Of a stretch of DNA of 64,000 nucleotides, positions 18,797 through 28,201 are shown piece by piece. The stretch is from Mucilaginibacter sp. (lineage in GTDB: Bacteria; Bacteroidota; Bacteroidia; Sphingobacteriales; Sphingobacteriaceae). How positions within the stretch are numbered: the first letter of the stretch is position 1; each line of letters starts with the position of its first letter. The stretch spans positions 25,383 through 89,382 of the forward strand of contig DATCRU010000071.1 in NCBI GenBank assembly GCA_036568825.1. The letters run 5' to 3'. The position numbers and the translations under genes are program-made. Under the pieces are notes generated by a model. That model was not told the DNA's origin. It worked only from the letters and a program-made list of their open reading frames with translations, and made no database searches.

Positions 18797-19735
18797 ATGA
18801 AAATTACAGTTGTTGGTGCCGGGGCTGTAGGCGCCACTTGCGCAGATAACATCGCAAGAAAAGAGCTGGCCGAAGAATTGATTTTATTAGACATCCGCGA
18901 AGGCTTTGCAGAAGGTAAGGCTATCGATATGATGCAAACCTCAGCACTGCTTGGTTTTGATACCAAGATAAAAGGTGTTACCAATGATTACGCTGCTACT
19001 GCCGGTTCAGAAGTAGTAGTGATCACTTCAGGCCTGCCACGTAAACCGGGTATGACCCGCGAAGAATTGATCGGCACCAACGCTGGTATCGTAAAAAGCG
19101 TTACCGAAAGTATTTTAAAGTATTCCCCTAATACCATTATTATAGTAGTATCTAACCCGATGGACACCATGAACTACCTTACCCTGAAAACTTCAGGCTT
19201 ACCTAAAAATAAAATATTAGGTATGGGTGGCGCATTGGATTCATCACGCTTTAAATATTACCTGAGCCAGGAACTGGGTTGTTCTCCGGCAGACCTGAAC
19301 GCAGTTGTAATAGGCGGTCACGGCGATACTACTATGATCCCGTTGATCAAACATGCTACCTGGAACAGTATTCCTGTAACCGAGTTCCTTAGTCAGGAGC
19401 AACAGGATAAAATTGTTGCTGCTACTATGGTGGGTGGTGCTACATTAACCAAACTGATTGGTACTTCAGCATGGTATGCACCAGGCGCAGGTACTGCTGC
19501 TATGGTTGAAAGCATTGTACGCGACGAGAAAAAACTAATTAGCTGCGGTGTTGCACTTGACGGCGAATATGGCCAGAAAGACATCTCGCTGGTTGTGCCT
19601 GTTGTATTAGGCAAAAGCGGTTGGGAGCAGATCCTTAACTTTAAACTGAGCGATGATGAACAAGCTCAGTTCAATAAGAGCGCTGACGCTGTTCGCAACA
19701 TGAACCAGGTATTGGTTGATAGTAAGATCATCTAA
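18797..19735 (+). CDS. mdh: Malate dehydrogenase (LDH-like MDH)
   Basis: MKITVVGAGAVGATCA Rossmann motif. 312 aa with typical MDH sequence throughout. Confidence 0.92.
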   Translation: MKITVVGAGAVGATCADNIARKELAEELILLDIREGFAEGKAIDMMQTSALLGFDTKIKGVTNDYAATAGSEVVVITSGLPRKPGMTREELIGTNAGIVKSVTESILKYSPNTIIIVVSNPMDTMNYLTLKTSGLPKNKILGMGGALDSSRFKYYLSQELGCSPADLNAVVIGGHGDTTMIPLIKHATWNSIPVTEFLSQEQQDKIVAATMVGGATLTKLIGTSAWYAPGAGTAAMVESIVRDEKKLISCGVALDGEYGQKDISLVVPVVLGKSGWEQILNFKLSDDEQAQFNKSADAVRNMNQVLVDSKII

Positions 19736-19746
19736 TTATAAATAAT

Positions 19747-19780
19747 AGCGATGGGTTTCAAACCCATCGCTATTATTTTC
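19747..19780 (+). terminator. Rho-independent terminator after mdh
   Basis: An 11-bp stem agcgatgggtt/aacccatcgct with a 3-nt loop, followed by a T-rich tail. Confidence 0.75.
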
Positions 19781-19889
19781 GACAAATTGTCAAACGGCTT
19801 CTCCTAACAGAGAGGCCGTTTTTATTTAAACCATTATTTAGCTGTGCTGTTATTGATAAAAGATTAAATTAGCTTAACATTTACCTGTT

Positions 19890-20756
19890 ATGCCCAACAA
19901 GTCAAGTATACAATTGCCGGTTATCAAAATAGCTGATAACGAAGAATTTGTTATTAATGACACACTTGCCATTGAGGAGCCATTAGAGATCCGTCTGGAG
20001 TATGGTAATGCGAATAAGCGTCAAACAAAGAATATCTCCGTCACAATGCGCACGCCAGGCAATGATGCCGAATTGGCGTTAGGTTTTTTATTTACTGAAG
20101 GCATCACCAGAAAACAAGAAGATATTGAATCGGCAAAGCATTGCTTTATCGCATGTGCTGAAAATAAAGAAAATGTGATACAGATAAGTTTAAAGGAAGG
20201 CATTGAACCGCAGTTGCACAATACAGAGCGTAATTTCTATACCACATCAAGCTGCGGCGTTTGCGGGAAGGCATCTATCAATTCGATCAAAACGGTAAGC
20301 ACTTATAATAATAATGCAACGGAAAATCAGGTTAATGCAGATGTATTGTACCAATTGCCATCTATCCTTCAAAAACATCAGAAAGTATTTGCTGATACCG
20401 GCGGATTACATGCATCGGCTTTATTTAATTTTGAAGGTGAATTGTTATTGGTTAGAGAAGATGTAGGCAGACATAATGCTTTGGATAAGTTAATTGGCGC
20501 TACGTTGAATAAAAACCTCTTGCCCTTAGATCAATACATATTATTATTAAGTGGCAGAATAAGCTTTGAGCTAGTTCAAAAGGCGGCGATGGCAGGCATT
20601 ACGATTATTGCGGCAGTGGGCGCTCCATCGAGTTTGGCGGTGCAATTGGCAGAAGAATTTAATATAACACTGGTTGGTTTTCTGCGCGACCAACGGTTTA
20701 ATATTTACACCCAACCTAAGCGCATTTTATTATCGAGATATGAAGATTCGTATTAA
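19890..20756 (+). CDS. fdhD: Formate dehydrogenase accessory sulfurtransferase FdhD
   Basis: 288 aa with the SSCGVCGK motif and FdhD/NarQ family sequence (VGRHNALDK). Confidence 0.9.
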   Translation: MPNKSSIQLPVIKIADNEEFVINDTLAIEEPLEIRLEYGNANKRQTKNISVTMRTPGNDAELALGFLFTEGITRKQEDIESAKHCFIACAENKENVIQISLKEGIEPQLHNTERNFYTTSSCGVCGKASINSIKTVSTYNNNATENQVNADVLYQLPSILQKHQKVFADTGGLHASALFNFEGELLLVREDVGRHNALDKLIGATLNKNLLPLDQYILLLSGRISFELVQKAAMAGITIIAAVGAPSSLAVQLAEEFNITLVGFLRDQRFNIYTQPKRILLSRYEDSY

Positions 20757-21096
20757 AGGCAACTCGTTACGTTACCGGCTTACCAAGAGCGATATGTACC
20801 GGTTGTCGCATGAAGGTTATTTAGAAGACAGAACCAATTTTGGTAATCGGGAGTTGGTATATGTAATTCAAAAAACAAACGGTCATCAATTGTCGGGCTT
20901 TTTTGATGATAATGTGATCTGCCTGCAAGTGCCGGGCAATTTGATAGAAGAATTGGATAAAACGGATAGGGTAGGATTTGAAGGTAAACAAGGCGATCTG
21001 CTGTTATTGGTAGAAAAAGACTTTACCTGCCTGGATAATGTTGATGAAGACCAGAGTGATAATTACCCCAATCCATTAGCTGAGAAATTGAAATGA
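20741..21096 (+). CDS. Small conserved hypothetical protein between fdhD and the molybdoenzyme gene (DUF7009-like by recollection)
   Basis: Starts at the ATG at 20741 (MKIRIKGNSLRYRL..), overlapping the fdhD end by 16 bp. The stop overlaps the next start (ATGA at 21093). The track's 20674 start would run through the fdhD 3' end. Confidence 0.6.
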
Positions 21097-23405
21097 ATAA
21101 GAAAGTTGAACAACCGTCAGCCGAAAACCCCGAAGAATTATTAGACCTTGAAGTAACTGAGCCAAAAGATTGGGCCGCAGGCATACCGGCGGTTTACGAG
21201 GCTTTTAAAGATATCATTCACGAAACAGGTGCTATCCGCGGAATGGCGGCGTCTTTAAAAATGAACCAGAAAGGCGGTTTTGATTGTTCAAGCTGTGCCT
21301 GGCCAGACCCCGATGATGATCGTTCGCCGATAGCAGAGTATTGCGAGAATGGTGCAAAGGCACTAGCCGAAGAAGCAACAAACAAGAAATTAACGGGTGA
21401 GTTTTTCGCTCAAAATTTAGTCGCTGATCTTGCTAAACTAAATGACTATGAAATAGGAAAGAAAGGCAGGATAGCCCAACCAGTTTATCTACCAGAGGGA
21501 GCAACGCATTACCAGGTGATCAGTTGGGAAGATGCACTTAAGAAGATAGCAAACAAACTCAACAGTTTGGCTTCTCCCAACGAAGCTGCCTTTTACACTT
21601 CAGGCCGCACAAGCAATGAGGCATCGTTTATGTATCAATTGTTTGTACGGGAATATGGTACCAATAATATGCCCGATTGCTCCAATATGTGCCACGAATC
21701 AAGCGGAACAGCACTTTCTGAGGTTATTGGGATTGGTAAAGGCACTGTAACCTTAAATGATTTTTACAAAACCGACGTAATCATCATTATGGGTCAAAAT
21801 CCGGGGACAAATCATCCCAGGATGCTGACAGCGCTTGAAAAAGCCAAAAATAATGGTGCTAAGATCATCGCCATTAATCCATTACATGAGGCGGGCTTAA
21901 CTGCTTTCAAAGATCCGCAAACTGTAAAAGGGTTTTTGGGAATAAGTAAAAGACTGGCCGATCTGTATTTGCAAGTAAAAATCAATGGCGATATGGCTTT
22001 GTTTCAGGCTATTGAAAAATTGCTGTTGGAAGCTGAAAAAGAAAACCCTGGAAAGGTATTCGACCAGGACTTTATACAGAAAAATACGGTTGGTTATAAT
22101 GAGTTGATCCAACACCTTGAGAAACTAGATGCGGAACGACTGGCCGAGCAATCAGGCGTACCAATCGAGGCTATAAGAATAGCTGCCGAAATGCTGAAAA
22201 ACAAAAGCCGCATTATTATTTGCTGGGCCATGGGTATTACGCAGCATGAGAATGGTGTCGACACGATTAAAGAAATTGCTAACCTTGCTTTATTAAAAGG
22301 TAGTATAGGCAAGCCTGGAGCTGGATTATGTCCTGTGCGCGGGCATAGTAATGTACAGGGTAACCGTACTATGCTAATTTGGGAGAAACTGAAAGATGCA
22401 TCCGCCAAAAAACTAAAAGAAGTTTTCGGGTTTGATCCACCTGCTGAAAACGGACTTGATACGGTTGAATCGATAAAAGCCATGCACGAGGGCAAACTGA
22501 AAGTGCTTTTTGCAATGGGTGGCAATTTTATTTCGGCCACGCCTGATACCAATTATACTGCTAATGGTATCCGTAAACTGGATATGACGGTGCATGTATC
22601 TACTAAATTAAACCGCAGCCACCTGGTGCATGGCAAAGAAGCATTGATCCTGCCTTGTTATTCGCGTAGCGATAAGGATATTATTAATGGTGTGGAACAG
22701 ATTGTAAGTTGCGAAAACTCCATGGGAGTGATTCAACTATCAAAAGGTGTGCTTAAACCTATATCTGATCAATTTTTGAGTGAAACGCAGATCATTTGCC
22801 GCCTGGCCAAAGAAACCATCGGTAACCGGACGAAGGTAGATTGGGCAAAGTATGAATCAAACTATGACCATGTCCGCGACCTGATCGCCAAAGTCATTCC
22901 GGGTTGCGAGGACTACAATAGAAAAATACGTAAACCCGGAGGGTTTTATCTGCCTAACGGTCCCCGGGAAGGGAAATTTAAAACTGAAAAGTATGGCGAT
23001 AAGGCAGCCTTTTCAGTAGTTCATGTGCCAGAAGAAAAATTGGAACCAGATGATTATATCATGATGTCCATCCGTAGCCACGATCAATTCAATACAACTA
23101 TTTATGGATTGGAGGATCGCTACCGTGGTATTCACAACGAACGCCGGGTAATATTTATGAACCCTAAGGATATTGCATTAGGTGGTTTCCAGTCAGGAGA
23201 GAAGGTAGACCTATTTAATTATGGTGGAGGAACGGCGCGTGTTGCACGGCTATTTATAATAGTACCTTATAATATTCCCGAACGAAACACTGCTACCTAT
23301 TATCCTGAAACTAATGTACTGGTACCTATAAATAGTGTTGCTACAGAAAGCAATACGCCGGTTTCCAAACGGGTAGTTATCAAAATCAGGAAACACGCGG
23401 AATAA
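21093..23405 (+). CDS. FdhF/YdeP-family molybdopterin (bis-MGD) oxidoreductase
   Basis: 770 aa with molybdopterin oxidoreductase domains. The active-site region CSNMCHESSG carries Cys, not Sec. Preceded by fdhD. Confidence 0.88.
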   Translation: MNKKVEQPSAENPEELLDLEVTEPKDWAAGIPAVYEAFKDIIHETGAIRGMAASLKMNQKGGFDCSSCAWPDPDDDRSPIAEYCENGAKALAEEATNKKLTGEFFAQNLVADLAKLNDYEIGKKGRIAQPVYLPEGATHYQVISWEDALKKIANKLNSLASPNEAAFYTSGRTSNEASFMYQLFVREYGTNNMPDCSNMCHESSGTALSEVIGIGKGTVTLNDFYKTDVIIIMGQNPGTNHPRMLTALEKAKNNGAKIIAINPLHEAGLTAFKDPQTVKGFLGISKRLADLYLQVKINGDMALFQAIEKLLLEAEKENPGKVFDQDFIQKNTVGYNELIQHLEKLDAERLAEQSGVPIEAIRIAAEMLKNKSRIIICWAMGITQHENGVDTIKEIANLALLKGSIGKPGAGLCPVRGHSNVQGNRTMLIWEKLKDASAKKLKEVFGFDPPAENGLDTVESIKAMHEGKLKVLFAMGGNFISATPDTNYTANGIRKLDMTVHVSTKLNRSHLVHGKEALILPCYSRSDKDIINGVEQIVSCENSMGVIQLSKGVLKPISDQFLSETQIICRLAKETIGNRTKVDWAKYESNYDHVRDLIAKVIPGCEDYNRKIRKPGGFYLPNGPREGKFKTEKYGDKAAFSVVHVPEEKLEPDDYIMMSIRSHDQFNTTIYGLEDRYRGIHNERRVIFMNPKDIALGGFQSGEKVDLFNYGGGTARVARLFIIVPYNIPERNTATYYPETNVLVPINSVATESNTPVSKRVVIKIRKHAE

Positions 23406-23699
23406 AACACCTGCATTTTATAGAAAAAACAAGAGCGAAAAATAGACTGTTTTCGATATTTCTTACATTTTAAGAATTTTTTAAGTTCTTGTTATCAGCG
23501 ATTTCCAGAGTTTATGTTGATAAAGACACTGTTAACAATAAAGCTGTTTGTTCATCGGATTTACCCTAAAGAGCCTAAAAATGAGCGGTATCTGAATGTG
23601 TACAAACCATGTACTTTTTGTTAAGAAACTGTTTATAAAAATCAAAAAAAAAACTTGACAAATATTCATTTGGGCACTACCTTAGATAACATCAAGAAC

Positions 23700-24080
23700 G
23701 ACGTACTTTGATAACCTTGACAGGAAAACGGAAAGTGAATCGGGCGAATTTTCGGAGGAGCTAAAGATCACAAGAAGTCACCTGAAAGACACAAAAGACA
23801 AAAGACGCAAGTCCGGAGAAACTAGGTGTCGGAAAAAGCGAAAGGAAACCAAAACGGCGAAAGCCACAGAAAACGGAAAACGCTAAGAGGTATTGGAAAC
23901 TATGCGGTATTTTACGGAGTAACGCAACAGGGAACAATGAGACGCAAACAGTCAAAGACCGCAAGGACTAAGACGAGAGCAGATCGATCAATTTACACAA
24001 AACTTGGTGCTTCGGCGCAACTACGGTTGAGCAGAGGTCAGGGAACGGAAGTCATTCGCAAGAGTGTGCTTCCGTTTTCA
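23700..24080 (+). ncRNA. Candidate structured non-coding RNA (purine-rich, T-poor, about 350-400 nt); family unknown, 5' end uncertain
   Basis: Gene-free gap with strong purine bias on the plus strand. Tetraloop-capped hairpins at 23804-23813 (GCAA), 23856-23865 (GAAA) and 24007-24018 (UUCG). An intrinsic terminator lies at 24044-24080. No credible ORF. Confidence 0.4.
24044..24080 (+). terminator. Intrinsic terminator closing the candidate RNA, upstream of the PIN-PhoH gene
   Basis: An outer 8-bp stem aacggaag/cttccgtt plus an inner 5-bp stem cattc/gagtg capped by GCAA, then TTTT. A second hairpin with a T-run lies at 24096-24120 (aaaccctcc-ccaaga-ggagggtttt). Confidence 0.7.
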
Positions 24081-24191
24081 ATTTTGGCCCCACCCAAACC
24101 CTCCCCAAGAGGAGGGTTTTAAATTCATAGCCTTACAACTTTTCAACTTTCAAACCTTTCAACAACTAAAAAATAGCTAAATTTATCCCCT

Positions 24192-25535
24192 ATGTCTGGC
24201 ACTAAAGCAAACGGGAGAGAAAAGATATTTGTATTAGATACCTCGGTTATCCTTTACGATCACAACGCCTTTGAAAATTTCCAGGAACATGATGTAGCCC
24301 TGCCCATCCAGGTGCTGGAAGAACTGGATAATATGAAAAGCGGGAACGATACCCGGAACTTCGAAGCCCGAAGCTTTATCCGATTAATGGATGACATTTC
24401 CCGTAAAAACTTATTGAATAAATGGGTTCCGCTTAAAGGTAAAGGCAAAGGTAGCTTTAAAGTGGTGATGGATACCAGGCACGCAACTGCCGATGCCGAA
24501 GAAGTGTTTGGTAGCGACAAGATTGACCACCGCATATTGAACGCTGCTCTTGGCTTACAGGAAGAGTATCCTGATAAAAAAATAATCCTAGTATCAAAAG
24601 ATATTTGCCTGCGGCTGAAAGCCAAAGCCCTGAATATTCATGCTGAGGATTACGAAACAGGCAAAATCAAGAACCTGGAAGAGCTTTATACCGGCGAAAC
24701 TATTTTAAATAAGGTTCCTGACAAAACGATTAATCAGCTATCAAAGCAAGGCGTATTGAATTGCGATGAGTTGAGTTTTATATCCAATAAAAGCAATCAT
24801 TTTTACAGTTTTACCGGAAAAAAGCAAAAGCTCTCGGGTTTTTATAATAGTCAAACCTGTGTTTTAGAAAAAATATCCGAACAACCTGTATTTAATATTC
24901 AGCCTAAAAACCTAGAGCAGGCTTTTGCAATACATGCCTTATTACACCCTGATATTAAACTGGTTACTATACAAGGTAACGCCGGCACAGGTAAAACACT
25001 GCTGGCTCTTGCCGGTGCTTTGGAGCAACGCAAATTCTATCGCCAGATTTATGTAACGCGCCCCATCGTTCCGCTAAGTAATAAGGATATTGGCTTTTTA
25101 CCGGGTGATATAAAATCGAAGGTTGATCCCTATATGGCCCCAATATGGGACAATCTGAAATTTATCCGCGACCAATTTGCTGATGATGAAAAGATGCAGT
25201 TAAAGATTGATGAACTGGTATCAAATGACAAAATCACAATTGCTCCTCTTGCCTTTATTCGCGGACGCACGCTGACCAAGATTTTCTTCATTGTGGATGA
25301 GGCGCAGAACCTGACGCCCCACGAAGTTAAAACTATTATATCCAGGGCAGGAGAAAACAGCAAGTTTGTATTTACCGGGGACATTTACCAGATAGACACC
25401 CCTTATCTTGATGCCGAAAGTAACGGATTGTCATACCTGATCGATAAAGCTAAAGGGCATCCGCTTTATGCGCATGTTACCCTGCAAAAAGGGGAGCGGA
25501 GTGAGTTGGCTAATTTGGCAATAGATTTATTGTAA
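24192..25535 (+). CDS. phoH: PIN-domain / PhoH-like ATPase fusion protein (PhoH2-type)
   Basis: N-terminal PIN (FVLDTSVILYD..LEELD) and C-terminal PhoH P-loop (GNAGTGKT, FFIVDEAQN). 447 aa. Confidence 0.88.
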   Translation: MSGTKANGREKIFVLDTSVILYDHNAFENFQEHDVALPIQVLEELDNMKSGNDTRNFEARSFIRLMDDISRKNLLNKWVPLKGKGKGSFKVVMDTRHATADAEEVFGSDKIDHRILNAALGLQEEYPDKKIILVSKDICLRLKAKALNIHAEDYETGKIKNLEELYTGETILNKVPDKTINQLSKQGVLNCDELSFISNKSNHFYSFTGKKQKLSGFYNSQTCVLEKISEQPVFNIQPKNLEQAFAIHALLHPDIKLVTIQGNAGTGKTLLALAGALEQRKFYRQIYVTRPIVPLSNKDIGFLPGDIKSKVDPYMAPIWDNLKFIRDQFADDEKMQLKIDELVSNDKITIAPLAFIRGRTLTKIFFIVDEAQNLTPHEVKTIISRAGENSKFVFTGDIYQIDTPYLDAESNGLSYLIDKAKGHPLYAHVTLQKGERSELANLAIDLL

Positions 25536-25649
25536 CTCACCAAACACTTCTGTCCCCGATTTAGAACATTAATAATTACACAGTCCACATAAAATAATAA
25601 TGGCATGGTTTTTCAATAGTGATATATATTAATTTAAAACATCACTATA

Positions 25650-25808
25650 ATGAGATCACTATTGTATTTTATCGCTATCATCATGGTTATCGGATGGGTG
25701 ATAGGTGTTTTTGCATACTCAGCAGGCGGGTTAATTTATGCTCTGCTTGTTTTAGCTGTAATAGCATTTTTATTAGGATTTATCAGAAGGGGCCCTACAA
25801 CCGTCTAA
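25650..25808 (+). CDS. Small two-helix membrane protein (lmo0937-family-like), 52 aa
   Basis: Not in the ORF track because it is under 60 aa. ATG at 25650 to TAA at 25806-25808 gives MRSLLYFIAIIMVIGWVIGVFAYSAGGLIYALLVLAVIAFLLGFIRRGPTTV. Followed by a hairpin. Confidence 0.6.
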   Translation: MRSLLYFIAIIMVIGWVIGVFAYSAGGLIYALLVLAVIAFLLGFIRRGPTTV

Positions 25809-25832
25809 CAATTTCTGGAATTTCATCATAAA

Positions 25833-25855
25833 AAGGCAATCCAATGGGTTGCCTT
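25833..25855. terminator. Shared hairpin terminator between convergent genes
   Basis: A 7-bp stem aaggcaa/ttgcctt with a 9-nt loop and A/T runs on both sides. Lies between the small membrane protein (+) and the FUSC gene (-). Confidence 0.5.
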
Positions 25856-25870
25856 TATCGTTTCTCAATA

Positions 25871-28012
25871 TTAAGCCAATATATTGTCTGTCACCCTGGC
25901 AATATCGTAGCTTATTTTATTTATAAAACCTAATTGCTCGTTCAGCAAGGTCTCATTTGGCGTAGGCGACTTTCTCTCATCTGGCATGATAGTCCTTTCG
26001 GTTATAAAATCAGCACATTTACCTCCTAATTTTTTGCTGGTTTCATTTAATACGTTGATACTTTTTCGGAGCAGCCTTACATTATCCGGCTGTGTTTTAT
26101 GCAGATTTTTTTCTGAAACATTGGATGCCAGGTTAGCCAGGTAGGAGGAAAGAATATGTGTAAGCACTACGAATTTATGTATCTCGCGTATCTTTTTCTG
26201 TTTGCTCTTGGGTTCCGAGGTCATCCGCTCAAAAGCGGCAGATAAGTTGGCTGATTTTACATAGATATCCTTCCGGGCCAGTTTGTAATCGGTAACTGTA
26301 ACTGTTTTGCCGGTGATGGATTCGGCAATTCTCACCAGGTAATTCACGTTGGCAAATACTGTATCGCGCAGGTTGTCCTTAACCTGCTCAAACTCCCAGG
26401 TAGGAAAGATAACATACATTGCCACAAAGGCAATAGAGGATCCTATAGCTGTATCTATAATCCGCTCTTCGGCCAGGTTTAAGTGTCCAACTCCTAAAAA
26501 CTTGAACAGTATCAACACATAAGGTGTCATAAAAATAACGCTTACTACATAGTTTAGCCGGGTAAAACTATAGGTACCTAACATGAATATGATAAAAAAG
26601 ATAAACTGTGCATCGGTGTTTTTTATCACTGTTAAGATCAATATACCGATAGCACCACCTGCTATGGTACCTATTAAACGCTGATAATTACGTTGTTTGG
26701 AAAGGCTGAAACCAGGTTTCAGGATCACGATGATTGTCAATAAAACCCAATAACTATGATGACCAAGCGCGAACAGTTTAGCTATTGTAAAACCGATTAC
26801 ACAAACCAGCGATACCCTCAACGCATGTTTAAATGAGCCGGAGGACAGGGAAAAGTTATCAAAAAATATTCGCGGGGCATAATCCTGGTGCGTTACAAAC
26901 TTTGAGTATTCTACATCCTCTGGCTTATCAATAAGTGTTTTTGACGATCTTGAATTGTAATAGACAAAAATATTATGAATGTTCTTATTCAGGTCACGCA
27001 GGTTGATCAATATCTTTTTTAATACAAGATTGCTTGTGCCGATATCCTTTGCAGCTATCTCATCAATTCTCTTTTTAAGCTGTTCCAGTTCGGCATCAAA
27101 ATCATGCGAATGATTATAGCGTCGATTGGATAATACCGCATAGCCAATATTCTCCAGCTCATGAGCCATTTGCTCCAATACCCGGGCAATAGCTTCCAAT
27201 ATACCTGTATCGCCGAATTTCTCTCTTACCTGCTGGTAGTCGTAGTGTGTAGCCAATATTTGCTCATAAAGGTCTATCAAGTCGATAAATGTCAAAACCA
27301 AAACCCTGCTGGCATTAGTGGATTCTTTTATTAATATACGCGTTTTAAAAAGCAACTCCCGTACTGCATCCTGATGCTGGCTCACCTGTATCTGGTGCGA
27401 AACCAGCTTGCGGTAGTTCTCATCTATGTCAGTACTTGGCAAATAGAAATCAGCTTTAATACGAAGGAATTTTACCACATCAAGGATGCTTTCACCTAAG
27501 GCTTGTTGGGCCGCGCGATAGGGACGTATAGAAAAAAACAAGACGCTAAACGTCAGATACCATATACCGCCCAATGTTGCCTCCAAGCTGTAGATCAGTA
27601 TCTTATTTGCCGGCAGGCCTTTTTCGATCATAAAGATCATCATCAATAGCGACCCGGTCCCTACAGCAGCAGCACGCGTACCATAGACGATCAGCATGGA
27701 GAAAAGAAATGAAAATACGGCAATCTCAATCCCTAATATCACGACATTCATTCGGGCAAACCCCGTAACAATGCCAACTATAAAAATACACAGGTTGCAT
27801 ATTGCCATCGCATTACGCTTGTGCATCACCGGGCCGGGTGTATCTACAACCGACACACATAACGCCCCCAATGAAAGCGTAACACCTAACTCAAACTGAT
27901 TTAAGTAATTAAGTATTAACGCAGGTAATAAAATGCCAATGCTCGTGCGAATACCATCGGAAAAATACTGGCTGTAAAAGAAACTCTTTATTTCGCGGAT
28001 GGTTATTTTCAT
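25871..28012 (-). CDS. FUSC/YccS-family integral membrane protein
   Basis: 713 aa with two multi-helix hydrophobic blocks separated by a long cytoplasmic helical region, as is typical of FUSC/YccS. Confidence 0.75.
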   Translation of the reverse strand: MKITIREIKSFFYSQYFSDGIRTSIGILLPALILNYLNQFELGVTLSLGALCVSVVDTPGPVMHKRNAMAICNLCIFIVGIVTGFARMNVVILGIEIAVFSFLFSMLIVYGTRAAAVGTGSLLMMIFMIEKGLPANKILIYSLEATLGGIWYLTFSVLFFSIRPYRAAQQALGESILDVVKFLRIKADFYLPSTDIDENYRKLVSHQIQVSQHQDAVRELLFKTRILIKESTNASRVLVLTFIDLIDLYEQILATHYDYQQVREKFGDTGILEAIARVLEQMAHELENIGYAVLSNRRYNHSHDFDAELEQLKKRIDEIAAKDIGTSNLVLKKILINLRDLNKNIHNIFVYYNSRSSKTLIDKPEDVEYSKFVTHQDYAPRIFFDNFSLSSGSFKHALRVSLVCVIGFTIAKLFALGHHSYWVLLTIIVILKPGFSLSKQRNYQRLIGTIAGGAIGILILTVIKNTDAQFIFFIIFMLGTYSFTRLNYVVSVIFMTPYVLILFKFLGVGHLNLAEERIIDTAIGSSIAFVAMYVIFPTWEFEQVKDNLRDTVFANVNYLVRIAESITGKTVTVTDYKLARKDIYVKSANLSAAFERMTSEPKSKQKKIREIHKFVVLTHILSSYLANLASNVSEKNLHKTQPDNVRLLRKSINVLNETSKKLGGKCADFITERTIMPDERKSPTPNETLLNEQLGFINKISYDIARVTDNILA

Positions 28013-28201
28013 CGGTCGGGTTAGATGGAAAAATGCGTATGCGAATTTACAAAAATTAAATCTTTAAGGGATGTTTTGATAATTATTGCATTAATAATCA
28101 GTTTAAATTAATAAATATTCATATTTTAATGGTTTTTGTCATTAATATGATTAAATTCACAGCGAAATTTTATAAACCCGTACACCAAGCTACCAAAATT
28201 T

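Noticed and set aside
22094-22552. Long antisense or alternate-frame ORFs inside large genes (e.g. 22094-22552, 9065-9523, 24260-24625, 37035-37571, 41236-41652, 10542-10952, 44155-44526)
   Set aside because: They are shadow ORFs embedded in well-supported CDSs on the opposite strand or another frame. They have biased composition and no recognisable domains.
21093-23405. Selenocysteine (in-frame TGA) in the FdhF/YdeP-type enzyme
   Set aside because: The ORF is uninterrupted and the active-site position carries Cys (CSNMCHESSG). I noticed no SECIS-like hairpin.
23800-23880. Possible RNase P RNA, because of AAGTCCGG and ACAGAAAAC strings in the purine-rich region
   Set aside because: The universally conserved type-A core is absent. 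I find nothing like GGGTGAAAGGGTGCGGTAAGAGC, and no P4 3' strand (ACAGAAnCCGGCTTA) able to pair with the AAGTCCGG segment.
23720-24050. CsrB/RsmZ-like protein sponge (I counted about 14 GGA triplets)
   Set aside because: With this A/G-rich composition, roughly that many GGA triplets are expected by chance. They are not consistently presented in hairpin loops. CsrA-type regulators are also not typical of Bacteroidota.
23761-24122. Track ORFs 23826-24122 (+, 98 aa, GTG start, Lys/Arg-rich) and 23761-23964 (-, 67 aa, Phe/Leu/Ser-rich) as genes
   Set aside because: Their amino-acid compositions simply mirror the purine/pyrimidine strand skew. Neither has a recognisable domain, and the plus-strand ORF reads through two terminator hairpins.
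23700-25535. ToxIN-like type III toxin-antitoxin (repeat RNA, then terminator, then RNase gene)
   Set aside because: The RNA-terminator-RNase layout is reminiscent of one. However, I could find no true tandem repeat units in the RNA region, only short recurring words, so I keep this only as a speculative note in the finding.
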